Assembly (NCBI GenBank): GCA_034428795.1
Contig: DAOUHF010000035.1
Coordinates: 131 to 64,130 of the forward strand
Reading direction: 5' to 3'
Source: Dehalococcoidia bacterium
GTDB taxonomy: Bacteria; Chloroflexota; Dehalococcoidia; Lucifugimonadales; UBA3495
DNA length: 64,000 bases
Part shown: positions 56,036 to 64,000 of the stretch, piece by piece
Layout of the letters: each line of letters starts with the position of its first letter
Numbering within the stretch: the first letter of the stretch is position 1
Position numbers and translations under genes: made by a program
Notes under the pieces: generated by a model
Databases searched by the model: none
What the model saw: the letters and a program-made list of their open reading frames with translations, nothing else
Told to the model about the DNA's origin: nothing

Positions 56036-56266
56036 ATGGACGCGATGAACACTGATCGTGTCGCCTGCATCAACACCGAAGGCTACACAGTCTCTCTGGT
56101 GCTGAATGCTATCTACGAAACCCTGCCCGATGATGTTGCTGCGAAGCACAAGCTGGTCCGCGTCGTCGACGAATCAGGAGAGGACTACCTGTATCCCGAG
56201 TCCTACTTTGTTCCTGCCGAAGTGTTTGAGAAAGCGCCAGATCGGGAGTTCCACACACACGCCTGA
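56036..56266 (+). CDS. Small hypothetical protein carried by the element
   Basis: 76 aa. The segment KLVRVVDESGEDYLYPESYFVP resembles a widespread uncharacterised family of about 70-aa proteins (recalled from memory, no name). Confidence 0.4.
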   Translation: MDAMNTDRVACINTEGYTVSLVLNAIYETLPDDVAAKHKLVRVVDESGEDYLYPESYFVPAEVFEKAPDREFHTHA

Positions 56267-56653
56267 TTGGCTGGCCGGACACATCCAAAGCCGCGACATG
56301 GCCCGCAATTCCCAAGAAACGAGGGTTCCCGGCCCAAAATCCTTGATTCTCTTAGCACCACACACACCGGGGCCGGGTATGAGTTATCCCGAAATTATCG
56401 GTGATATAGAGCGAAGCGAAACCATAGCAAGAGGCTCCTCAGTCAGGAACCGCCATCGTTTGACTGAGCAGTACGGGGAGCACCGGCGGGGACAGTGGCG
56501 GAAGATGAAAGGCTGGGTCGGCCTTGTCTAAAGGGCCGAGACGTGGTGAGACTCGAGTATTGGAACAGAAACGCGATTACTGGAACAGCGGACGATTTTG
56601 GAACAAAGCCACCCTCTCCTTGGCCAAGGGGAGGGGACACTGAATTTCCGACT

Positions 56654-57262
56654 ATGCCAGGTTGGGTCATGGCCCGCACTCCTTCCCGAACTCCTTCCCG
56701 AGCTCCTTCGGTGAAGTCTTGGACCGCCGTGTTGGTCGGCCTTTTCGCCTGCCTGCTCATCGCCTCACCCGCTTCCGCCCAGTCCCCGTATTCCGAGAAA
56801 GAGGCCCAGGCCATCGACCGGATGTTGATGTGTCCGGTCTGCCCGGCCGAAACCATCGACCAGGCACAGGTCGAAATCTCCTTCCAGATGCGGGCGGTGG
56901 TGCGGGAGATGCTGGCAGAGGGCCGCTCCCGGCAGGAAATCCTGGACTTCTTTGTCGAGCGCTACGGCCCGGATATCTTGGCGGCTCCTCCCAAGTCAGG
57001 CGCAAACCTTCTGGCATGGGTTCTGCCCATCGCCGGTGTGGCTGCCGGGCTGGTGGGCGCTTATTTTGTCATACGCTCCATGACCGCCCGTAACCGCGGC
57101 CGCGGGACTCCGGGGAACAGTCCCGTCGCCGGCCATGATCCTCATCTGGGGCCCTACCTGGAAATGGTGGACCGGCGGCTGGCGGCAGAACGCATCTCCG
57201 GAGCAACTACGGCCCGCCGGCCCTCGGTTGCCCCAGGGGACGAAGAGTCTGATGCCCTGTAA
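56654..57262 (+). CDS. ccmH: Cytochrome c-type biogenesis protein CcmH/NrfF-like
   Basis: Signal peptide, then CPVCPAETIDQ (CxxC haem-handling motif), the ERYGPDILAAPP motif and a C-terminal TM helix. Start is ATG 56654 or 56669; the track start at 56495 lies inside the mobile element. Confidence 0.8.
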   Translation: MPGWVMARTPSRTPSRAPSVKSWTAVLVGLFACLLIASPASAQSPYSEKEAQAIDRMLMCPVCPAETIDQAQVEISFQMRAVVREMLAEGRSRQEILDFFVERYGPDILAAPPKSGANLLAWVLPIAGVAAGLVGAYFVIRSMTARNRGRGTPGNSPVAGHDPHLGPYLEMVDRRLAAERISGATTARRPSVAPGDEESDAL

Positions 57263-57271
57263 GGGTTCAAA

Positions 57272-57396
57272 GGCCGAAGTGTCCAATTGCCGAAGGGGTC
57301 GATGGCCGAAGTGTCAAATGGCCGAAGTGTTCAATTGCCGAAGGGGTCGATGGCTGAAGTGTCTAATGGCTGAAGTGTCTAATGGGTGAAGTAGGC
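57272..57396. repeat. 16-bp-unit tandem repeat array running into the ccmF start codon
   Basis: ggc(c/t)gaagtgt(c/t)NaaT units, alternating with a 16-bp insert (tgccgaaggggtcgat). The last, degenerate unit (gggtgaagtaggcgcc) carries the G of the ccmF ATG and its first five codons. Confidence 0.85.
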
Positions 57397-59376
57397 GCCA
57401 TCAGCCTCTGGATTGCCCTCGCCCTGACGGCCTACTCCACCGTCGGATCTTTCGCGGGCCGGTGGCGGGGGGCCCCGGCCTTGGTCGAGAGCGCGCAATC
57501 GGCGCTATACGCGGCGCTGGTGGCCCTGTTCATCGCCACCCTGAGCCTGGTCGTTTCCTTTATCAGCCGGGACTTCGAGATTGCCTACGTCGCCCAACAC
57601 AGCGACATAGCTATGCCGGACCGGTTTACCTGGGTAGCCTTCTACGCCGGCAACGAAGGCTCGTTGCTCTTCATCGCCATGGTGCTCTCGATAATGTCCG
57701 CCATAGCCGTCTGGCGGGCGCCCGAAAAGACTCGCGACAGCCTGCCCTATACCACCGGCGTGCTGATGCTGGTGCTGACCTTCTTCGTGGCCGTCACCGC
57801 CGTGATGGCAAACCCCTTTGAGAAGCTTCCTTTCGTGCCGCCGGACGGCGAGGGAATCAACCCTCTGTTGACCCACTTCGGCATGTTCGTACATCCGCCG
57901 GCGCTGATGTCGGGGCTCGTGGGCATCACCATCCCCTTCGCCTTCGCCATGGGGTCGTTATTGGCCCGGAAGACCGGCGACGAGTGGGTTGACGCGGGCC
58001 GCTCCTGGGGCATCGTGACCTGGGCGTTGCTGGCCGGCGGCCTGTTGCTGGGTTCGTGGTGGGCCTACACCATCCTGGGCTGGGGGGGCTACTGGTTCTG
58101 GGACCCCGTCGAAAACGCCGCTTTCATGCCTTGGCTGGCGTTGACCGCCTTCGTTCACTCCATCATGGTGCAGAAGCGCCGCGGCATGTTCCGTATGTGG
58201 AACATCGCCCTGATCAACGTGGCCTTCGGGCTGGCGCTGTACGGGATGTTCATGAACCGCGGCGGTTCCGTCCCGTCGGTGCATTCCTTTGGCGCGTCCA
58301 GCCTGGGCTGGGTGTTCCTGACCTTCCTCTGCGTCGGGGTGGTGGTCCCGTTCGCTGTCTTCTTCTGGCGCTATTCCTTGCTCAAGAGCGCCCGGAACCT
58401 GGACTCCATGCTGTCGAGGGAAGCCGCCTTCCTGGTCAACAACCTGCTGCTGTTGGCCATAGCCTTCGTCACCCTTTGGGGCACCGTGTATCCGTTAATC
58501 TCCCGTTTGATCAACGGCGAGGAGATAACGGTGGCCCGGCCCTTCTACGACCAGGTCAACGGCCCCTTGATGCTGGGCCTGGTGTTCCTGATGGGGGTCG
58601 GGCCTTTGCTGCCCTGGCGGAAAGCCAACCTGGCCAGCGTGCGCCGGGCGTTGACGGTCCCCGTGGTTGCCGCCGCGGCCGTCGTCATCGTCCTGGCGGT
58701 CCTCGGGCTTCAAAAAGAGTATGCCCTGGCAGGTTTCGGGCTGGCCGTCTTTGTTGGCGCCGGAATATTGATGGAATGGTACCGGGGCGTGCGTGCCCGG
58801 AGCCGCAACTCGGGAGAGAACTACGCTTGGGCGTTCCTGAGGTTGGTCTGGGCGAACCGTCCCCGGTACGGCGGGTATATCGTTCACCTCTCCGTCGTGA
58901 TGGTGGTCTTGGGGATTGTCGGCACGTCCTTCTTCAACACCCAGCAGGACGTCGTCTTGTCGCCCGGCGAACGAACGGTGGTCGACGACTACGAACTCGT
59001 GTACTTGGGCACGGTCGAAACGCCCTTGGGCAACCGTACCGAGTTTTCCTCGACGGTGGAGGTCTACCGGGACGGGCAATTGCTGGACACCATCAGGCCG
59101 AACCGGGCCTTCTACCCCAATTTCAACATGGCCTCAACCCGGGCCGCCATCCGGTCGACTCCGGTGGAGGACTTGTACGTGGTCCCCAGCGAAAACCGGG
59201 CCGACGGCAGTGTTGGGTTGAGGATTCTGGTGAATCCGCTCATTTGGTGGATGTGGGTAGCCGGTCCGGTCATGCTTTTGGGCACCCTGGTGGCCCTGTG
59301 GCCGGAGCCGAGCCGGGTTGCCGCCCCGGCTGTATCGCGGTCTCCGGTGGCCGGCCCCAGCCCAACTGCTGTTTGA
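57382..59376 (+). CDS. ccmF: Cytochrome c-type biogenesis haem lyase CcmF
   Basis: 664 aa, polytopic, with the WWD-type motif WGGYWFWDPVENAAFMPWL. Confidence 0.9.
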   Translation: MGEVGAISLWIALALTAYSTVGSFAGRWRGAPALVESAQSALYAALVALFIATLSLVVSFISRDFEIAYVAQHSDIAMPDRFTWVAFYAGNEGSLLFIAMVLSIMSAIAVWRAPEKTRDSLPYTTGVLMLVLTFFVAVTAVMANPFEKLPFVPPDGEGINPLLTHFGMFVHPPALMSGLVGITIPFAFAMGSLLARKTGDEWVDAGRSWGIVTWALLAGGLLLGSWWAYTILGWGGYWFWDPVENAAFMPWLALTAFVHSIMVQKRRGMFRMWNIALINVAFGLALYGMFMNRGGSVPSVHSFGASSLGWVFLTFLCVGVVVPFAVFFWRYSLLKSARNLDSMLSREAAFLVNNLLLLAIAFVTLWGTVYPLISRLINGEEITVARPFYDQVNGPLMLGLVFLMGVGPLLPWRKANLASVRRALTVPVVAAAAVVIVLAVLGLQKEYALAGFGLAVFVGAGILMEWYRGVRARSRNSGENYAWAFLRLVWANRPRYGGYIVHLSVVMVVLGIVGTSFFNTQQDVVLSPGERTVVDDYELVYLGTVETPLGNRTEFSSTVEVYRDGQLLDTIRPNRAFYPNFNMASTRAAIRSTPVEDLYVVPSENRADGSVGLRILVNPLIWWMWVAGPVMLLGTLVALWPEPSRVAAPAVSRSPVAGPSPTAV

Positions 59377-59495
59377 CGCCGGAGGTCCCGTTCCGTTCCC
59401 CAAGGCTCATATACCGCCTCGCCTGTTAAACTGTCCTGCAACCAAACCGGCCAAACCGGTCCTGCCGGCAAGGGCCTGGCGATAAAACGGGTCTC

Positions 59496-60020
59496 GTGGA
59501 CGGCGAAACAATACTCTCCATAATTCTGGGCGTGGGGCTCGCAGCCTTCAGCGTGATATTGGTGGGCTACTCCTTTCTTCGGAAAAGCGGCCGGGAAAGC
59601 ACGGTACAGGCGGCCCATTCGTCTCTTGAGGGGTCGCCGGTACCGGAGGCGGTGGAGGGTCCCGGCATAGACTCGGTGTTCGAAGCCATCAACACCCTGG
59701 AGTTGGAGTACCAACTCGGCAATATTCCGGAGGCCCAGTACCAGGAACAGTTGGAGGCCTACCGCATTGAAGCGGCCGCCGCTCTGAAGACCATGCTGGA
59801 GAGCGGCAACGCCGGGCCTGCCTGGGCCTTGGAGCGGGAAGTGCTGGAGGCCGGGGCGTCGGTCCGCCAAACGTCCCCTCGGTGTCCCGAGTGCGGCAGT
59901 CCCCTGCCCAGGTATGACGATACGTGCCCGGAATGCGGCGTAGAGGTCGCTCCCGGTCGTCCGGCCCGTAGTCCGGCTCGTGGTGCTCGGGATGATCGCG
60001 ACACTCCGGTGAGCGGTTGA
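59496..60020 (+). CDS. Membrane-anchored zinc-ribbon protein, function unknown
   Basis: 174 aa with a GTG start, one N-terminal TM helix, LELEYQLGNIPEAQYQEQL and CPECG...CPECG. Confidence 0.5.
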   Translation: MDGETILSIILGVGLAAFSVILVGYSFLRKSGRESTVQAAHSSLEGSPVPEAVEGPGIDSVFEAINTLELEYQLGNIPEAQYQEQLEAYRIEAAAALKTMLESGNAGPAWALEREVLEAGASVRQTSPRCPECGSPLPRYDDTCPECGVEVAPGRPARSPARGARDDRDTPVSG

Positions 60021-61276
60021 GCTTGGCAGCGGCTTCCTCGTTGCTCTTGGCGTTGCTCTTGGCGTTGCTCTTGATGGCGGCATTGGTTGCAATCAGCCCC
60101 GGTCGAATCGACGCCCAATCGGCGGAAGAGTTCTCTATCAACGGCCGCGTGGTAAACGGCACGGAGGGGGCCGAGTTGCCGGGGCAGCTATTGGTGTTGA
60201 TGTTGGTGACGGGCGCCGACGGGTCGTTGAGCGGGACCGGCCAGGCGGTCGCCGGAGCGGACGGACGTTTCACTCTGGAGAACGTGAAGTCGGTGGACGG
60301 CGGCAATTACACCCTGAGCGTGGACTACGGCGGCGTGTTCTATACCTCCACATTGGCGATGGACGATCTGCCGGATGAAGTCACCCTGACAGTGCATGAA
60401 CCCACTCAGGACTACACGTTGGTCGGGGTGGAACGCCAGGTGATGGTCCTGGCGGCTATCGACTCCGGCAGCCGGATGATCAACGCCATCGAATTCATCC
60501 GAGTTGAAAACGCTTCGGACCTCACCCTGATGCCCGACCTTACGCTACCGGCCCAGATCAGCTTCCTCCGGTTCGCCCTGCCGCCCAACGCGTCGGAGGT
60601 GAACGTCCAGTCCAGTCTTCGGGGCGGCGACGTGATATCCATCGGCACCGGATTCGCCCTGACTGCGGCGGTGCCTCCCGGAAATCACAGCGTCGATTTC
60701 TCGTACTCCTTCCCGTATGAAGGCAGCGAGATGTCCTACCGGCAGAGCCTGCCCCAAGGGGCCGGGGTCTTCCAGGTGCTGGTCCCGGAACGCTTTGGTG
60801 AAATCTCCGTGCCGGGGTTAATGCCGGTGGACTCAATCGACATTCAAGGCTCCCGCTACCGGGCTTGGGAAGGCCGTGATATCGCGCCAGGGCAGGGACT
60901 GGAGCTGGAGCTGGCCAATCTGCCTCAGCCCGGTTTAGCAGCGCGTATCGGACAAACTGTAACTGTGGGGACCTTCTGGCAGATCGCCATCCCCAGCGCG
61001 TTGGGCGCCGCGCTGGCCGCCCTGCTGGCGCTGGGGTTGGTGGGCCGCTCCGGCCATGTCCCCGCCAGCGCGACGGCGCCAGATGGGGACGTTGTTCCCA
61101 TAGACGGTCTCGACGGCGGCGGACGGGCGTCCCTGGTCCTGGAGATAGCGGAACTGGACGAACGACGGCGCCAAGGCGGTATACCGGAAGACCAATACCA
61201 ACGTCGACGGCGGGAGCTGGTGGCCCGAATTCTGAACGGCGGAGAGGAGGAACACCGGGAACCAACCGGGCTGTGA
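60017..61276 (+). CDS. Secreted/anchored protein with carboxypeptidase-regulatory-like beta-sandwich repeats, function unknown
   Basis: 419 aa. Signal peptide, INGRVVNGTEG... and ...DGRFTLENV motifs, a C-terminal TM helix and a cytoplasmic tail LDERRRQGGIPEDQYQRRRREL. 4-bp overlap with the upstream gene. Confidence 0.55.
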   Translation: MSLAAASSLLLALLLALLLMAALVAISPGRIDAQSAEEFSINGRVVNGTEGAELPGQLLVLMLVTGADGSLSGTGQAVAGADGRFTLENVKSVDGGNYTLSVDYGGVFYTSTLAMDDLPDEVTLTVHEPTQDYTLVGVERQVMVLAAIDSGSRMINAIEFIRVENASDLTLMPDLTLPAQISFLRFALPPNASEVNVQSSLRGGDVISIGTGFALTAAVPPGNHSVDFSYSFPYEGSEMSYRQSLPQGAGVFQVLVPERFGEISVPGLMPVDSIDIQGSRYRAWEGRDIAPGQGLELELANLPQPGLAARIGQTVTVGTFWQIAIPSALGAALAALLALGLVGRSGHVPASATAPDGDVVPIDGLDGGGRASLVLEIAELDERRRQGGIPEDQYQRRRRELVARILNGGEEEHREPTGL

Positions 61277-61306
61277 CCGGCGGTTCCCGGCGATTTGCCA
61301 TCCGGG

Positions 61307-61882
61307 ATGGGACGACTTCACTTCGGCAAGCGGACATTGATCATCGTCGGGGCCGGCATACCGGTCTTGGCGTTGCTGGCGTTGCTGGCTTGGGCGTCGG
61401 CCCGCTCCGGGGGTAACCCCGGGGGGCTGGCGGTCAACGCCGAATTCGGTCCGGCCAGAGTGGACCAGGAAGTGGCGGCGGACTTCGATTTGGAGCTATT
61501 CTCCGGCGGCTACATCAGGCTGTCCGATCTGCGGGGTCAGGTCGTTATGCTGGACTTCTGGGCTTCGTGGTGCCCGCCATGCCGGGAGGAGGCTCCGGTC
61601 TTGAACCAGGTCTACGACGAGTACCGGGACCGGGGAGTGGAATTCGTCGGCGTGGACATCTGGGACGAGCTAGAGGGAGCCCAGCGCTTCTTGGCCGAGG
61701 AGGGGCAGGTCTATCCCAGCGGCCCCGACACCGCGGGAGCAATCGTCATCGATTACGGTGTGCGCGGCATTCCCGAGAAATTTTTCATCGACCGAAACGG
61801 AATGGTTGCCAAGAAGTTCGTTGGGCCAATGGACGGTGAGTTCCTGCGTGACACCTTGAACGAGCTGTTGAGCCGAAACTGA
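61307..61882 (+). CDS. TlpA/ResA/CcmG-type thiol:disulfide oxidoreductase
   Basis: N-terminal TM anchor and the thioredoxin-fold motif FWASWCPPCREE. ATG 61307 (the track starts at TTG 61295). Confidence 0.85.
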   Translation: MGRLHFGKRTLIIVGAGIPVLALLALLAWASARSGGNPGGLAVNAEFGPARVDQEVAADFDLELFSGGYIRLSDLRGQVVMLDFWASWCPPCREEAPVLNQVYDEYRDRGVEFVGVDIWDELEGAQRFLAEEGQVYPSGPDTAGAIVIDYGVRGIPEKFFIDRNGMVAKKFVGPMDGEFLRDTLNELLSRN

Positions 61883-61916
61883 CGACCCATCCGGACCGCG
61901 TTATTCTATCTTTCAA

Positions 61917-62024
61917 GGCCCGGATTTCAGGCCCGGATTTCAGGCCCGGATTTCAGGCCCGGACTTCAGGCCCGGACTTCAGGCCCGGATTTCAGGCCCG
62001 GATTTCAGGCCCGAATTTTCCGGG
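61917..62024. repeat. 13-bp tandem repeat, 7 copies plus a partial
   Basis: ggcccgga(t/c)ttca repeated. Copies 4-5 carry c, the others t. Confidence 0.9.
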
Positions 62025-62044
62025 ACCCGGCGGAGAACGAGACG

Positions 62045-63043
62045 ATGACCGACGAACCTACAGCCATAGCAGTGGACTGGGGCGGCACCTGGAACCGGAC
62101 CGCCGTGATAAACCGCCAGGGGGATGTCCTGTGGCAGAACCGTTTGCCTAACCCCGCGAGCGGTTCCCAGAAGGACTACCTGGACTTGGCGGCCGGCTTG
62201 TTTCGCGAAGCCTTCGCGGCAGCCAAGGGGAGTGTGGCCGGCATCGGTGTGGCCGTGGCGGGGCCGGTGGAGCCGACCTCGGGCATTCTCTACCAACCGC
62301 CCAACCTGATGGCGTTGGACGGCCTCTCTTTGAAAGCGCTCTGGCGCGAAGCCTACGACTGCCCCGTGTGGATCGGCAATGACGCCGATCTGGCGGCCCT
62401 TGGCGAGTTCCGATTCGGGGCGGGACGGGACGCCGTCCAGCGGGGCGAGACGGTGAATACCCTGTTTTACATCACGGTCAGCACCGGCATCGGGGGAGGC
62501 GTGGTCTATCGGGGGCAGGTCTACCTGGGCGCGAACGGCCTGGCCGTCGAGGTGGGTCACACGACGGTCGACGCGACGGCGGGCGCTCTCCGTTGCAACT
62601 GCGGCAACACGGGCTGTATGGAGGCGCTGGCTTCGGGCTCCGGAATCGCCAGGAACGCACTGGGCTTGCTGGCCGCCGGGGAGCACCCTGACTCAGTCCT
62701 GACCCGCGAGGACGAGGTCACCTCGGAACGGGTGTTCGCCGGGGCTGCTCGGGGCGATGCCCTGTGCCGGCAGGTCATGGAACAGGCGATACACGGTCTG
62801 GTGGTGGGGTTGACCAACGCCGTCCATCTCTTCAACCCGGACCTCATCGTAATCGGCGGCGGAGTCACCGGCGGCCTGGTGGAATACGGCCTGTTGCCCC
62901 GCATCCATCAGGGCATTCTCGACCGGTCCATGAGCGAGTTGCACAAGGAATTTCGGCTGACGCCTTCGCGCCTGGGAGACGCCGCCGGTCTGTCCGGCGC
63001 GGCCGCCCTGGTGTGGAGCCAGTTGGAGGGGCCGGACGCCTGA
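62045..63043 (+). CDS. ROK-family sugar kinase (glucokinase-like)
   Basis: DWGGT ATP-binding start and the ROK zinc motif CNCGNTGCMEALASG. Confidence 0.85.
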   Translation: MTDEPTAIAVDWGGTWNRTAVINRQGDVLWQNRLPNPASGSQKDYLDLAAGLFREAFAAAKGSVAGIGVAVAGPVEPTSGILYQPPNLMALDGLSLKALWREAYDCPVWIGNDADLAALGEFRFGAGRDAVQRGETVNTLFYITVSTGIGGGVVYRGQVYLGANGLAVEVGHTTVDATAGALRCNCGNTGCMEALASGSGIARNALGLLAAGEHPDSVLTREDEVTSERVFAGAARGDALCRQVMEQAIHGLVVGLTNAVHLFNPDLIVIGGGVTGGLVEYGLLPRIHQGILDRSMSELHKEFRLTPSRLGDAAGLSGAAALVWSQLEGPDA

Positions 63044-63068
63044 AGCGCCTCTACGCCCTGGCACGGCT

Positions 63069-63839
63069 CTAAACGATGTAGCGGCCCCCCATAACGTTCA
63101 AGCGATCGCCGGTAATGTAGGCCGACTCGTCAGAGGCGAAGAAAAGGCAGGCGTTGGCAATGTCGGCCACGGTGGCCTGACGGCCCATGGGCAGGCTCTG
63201 CAGGTGCGAAGACGAATCGCGGTCCACTGTTCCCTGGAACTCCGGATACCATTCCGGGTGCTCCCTGCTGGTGTCCGTCGACCCTGGATTGACCATGTTG
63301 GCCCGTACGTTGTGCGGCGCCATCTCGGCGGCTATCGCCCGGATGAGGCCCAGCAGGCCGGTCTTGGCCGCGGTTACCGCCGCCGTGTCCGGCCGGCCGG
63401 TCACCGCGGACTGGCCGCCCAGCGCGATTATGCTTCCGCTTCTCCGTGCCACCATGCCGGGCAGCACCGCCTTGCACAGATAGAACGCGGAGTCGAGGTT
63501 CACTCCCATTACGTGGTCCCATTCGTCGTCGGAGACCTCGAGCACCGGCTTGTGAGGCCGGATGGCCACGTTGGACACCAGGATGTCTATCTTCCCCAAG
63601 GCTGTGACGCCTTCGGACACCATTCGGTACACGGCCGGAGCGTCGGAAACGTCGCAGATTGCCGTTTGAGTCCGCACTCCGAGCTCCCGGCACGCGGCCG
63701 CCACATCCTCCAGCTCGGCCTGGCTGCTGCGGGTGTTGAGCACCAGGTCCGCCCCTTCCCGGGCGAAGGTCAGGGCTACCTCTCTGCCAATGTTGCGGCT
63801 GGCGCCGGTAATCAGGGCGGTCTTGCCTTCGAGTCGCAT
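63069..63839 (-). CDS. SDR-family oxidoreductase (FabG-like)
   Basis: TGASRNIG, NVAI, and a catalytic region with AAKTG in place of the usual YxxxK. Confidence 0.85.
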   Translation of the reverse strand: MRLEGKTALITGASRNIGREVALTFAREGADLVLNTRSSQAELEDVAAACRELGVRTQTAICDVSDAPAVYRMVSEGVTALGKIDILVSNVAIRPHKPVLEVSDDEWDHVMGVNLDSAFYLCKAVLPGMVARRSGSIIALGGQSAVTGRPDTAAVTAAKTGLLGLIRAIAAEMAPHNVRANMVNPGSTDTSREHPEWYPEFQGTVDRDSSSHLQSLPMGRQATVADIANACLFFASDESAYITGDRLNVMGGRYIV

Positions 63840-63846
63840 TTCGGTC

Positions 63847-64000
63847 TACCTTTTCTCGTTGATGGCCTTGATGACGGCGTGAATTGTAACACCGCGGACG
63901 GCGGAGTCGACGGTGTGCTGAAGTTCTATCCCTTCCGAATGGGCAAGAATCCAAAGACGGATTACGCTATCGTCCAAGTCAAGGGCGGGAGCGTCACCGC
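63847..64000 (-). CDS. 3' end (about 50 codons) of a gene that continues beyond the window, function unknown
   Basis: The open frame on the minus strand reads ...GDAPALDLDDSVIRLWILAHSEGIELQHTVDSAVRGVTIHAVIKAINEKR-stop (TAG at 63849..63847), 7 bp upstream of the SDR start. Confidence 0.3.

Larger units (their letters stand above)
55823..56610. mobile_element. 788-bp non-autonomous element with perfect 17-bp TIRs and a 6-bp target-site-like duplication
   Basis: Left end ggctttgttccaaaatc (55823-55839) is the exact reverse complement of the right end gattttggaacaaagcc (56594-56610). ACCCTC sits immediately outside both ends (55817-55822 and 56611-56616). Subterminal TGGAACA(G/A) repeats occur at both ends. 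GC is lower than in the flanks and there is no transposase ORF. Confidence 0.7.

Noticed and set aside
56379-56531. A 50-aa ORF (MSYPEIIGDIERSETIARGSSVRNRHRLTEQYGEHRRGQWRKMKGWVGLV) as a real gene or toxin.
   Set aside because: It resembles only the N-terminal part of a small-protein family I vaguely recall (…YG.g.W.K.KG…), and it ends prematurely next to the element's subterminal repeats. It is probably a truncated remnant, and there is too little evidence to annotate it as a CDS.
61917-62024. Possible CRISPR arrays (also considered at 57272-57396, 40735-40779, 17906-17951 and 8190-8520).
   Set aside because: The units are contiguous or nearly so, with no unique spacers of 25-40 bp. The repeats are too short at 11-16 bp, and no cas genes are present.
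1-64000. tRNA, rRNA, integrase, transposase, phage or defence-system (restriction-modification, CBASS, Cas and similar) genes.
   Set aside because: None was recognised in the intergenic regions or the ORF translations. The only mobility signatures are non-autonomous repeats.

Overview
This is a GC-rich bacterial chromosomal window, densely coding, with no rRNA, tRNA, CRISPR array, transposase or phage genes that I could see. The gene content suggests a Chloroflexota / SAR202-like organism: several luciferase-like (LLM) flavin/F420 oxidoreductases, SDRs, amidases and amidohydrolases, alpha/beta hydrolases, and Alternative Complex III. That taxonomic guess is weak and rests only on gene content. 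Layout: (1) 0.1-4.3 kb, an ABC importer (binding protein plus two permeases, no ATPase). (2) 4.4-19.3 kb, a patchwork of catabolic and redox enzymes, tag and a type II glutamine synthetase. (3) 19.6-32.2 kb, the most unusual part: a small-TM/PspA/PspAA operon lies divergent from a DUF4178/DUF350 pair. That pair converges, with a 4-bp overlap, on a tightly packed seven-gene minus-strand array: DUF3326-like, carboxynorspermidine-decarboxylase-like, putative transglutaminase-fold protein, RCK K+ channel, divergent SecA paralogue, lipoprotein with a low-complexity tail, and an acidic protein with a wHTH-like segment. I read this as a candidate undescribed envelope-stress / polyamine / export module. 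(4) 32.3-47.2 kb, more catabolic enzymes, including a Prx-like redoxin with an in-frame TGA exactly at the first Cys of its CxxC motif, which makes it a candidate selenoprotein. (5) 47.3-55.8 kb, an Alternative Complex III operon with ActB split in two. (6) 55.8-56.6 kb, a 788-bp non-autonomous element with perfect 17-bp terminal inverted repeats and a 6-bp direct duplication, inserted in a REP-like hairpin. (7) 56.6-61.9 kb, System I cytochrome c maturation genes (CcmH, CcmF, TlpA-like). (8) A ROK kinase and an SDR. Intergenic DNA is full of GC-rich hairpin (REP/MITE-like) repeats and of short tandem duplications that sit directly 5' of start codons or run into them. Every functional call comes from motif recognition in the supplied translations; no database search was possible.
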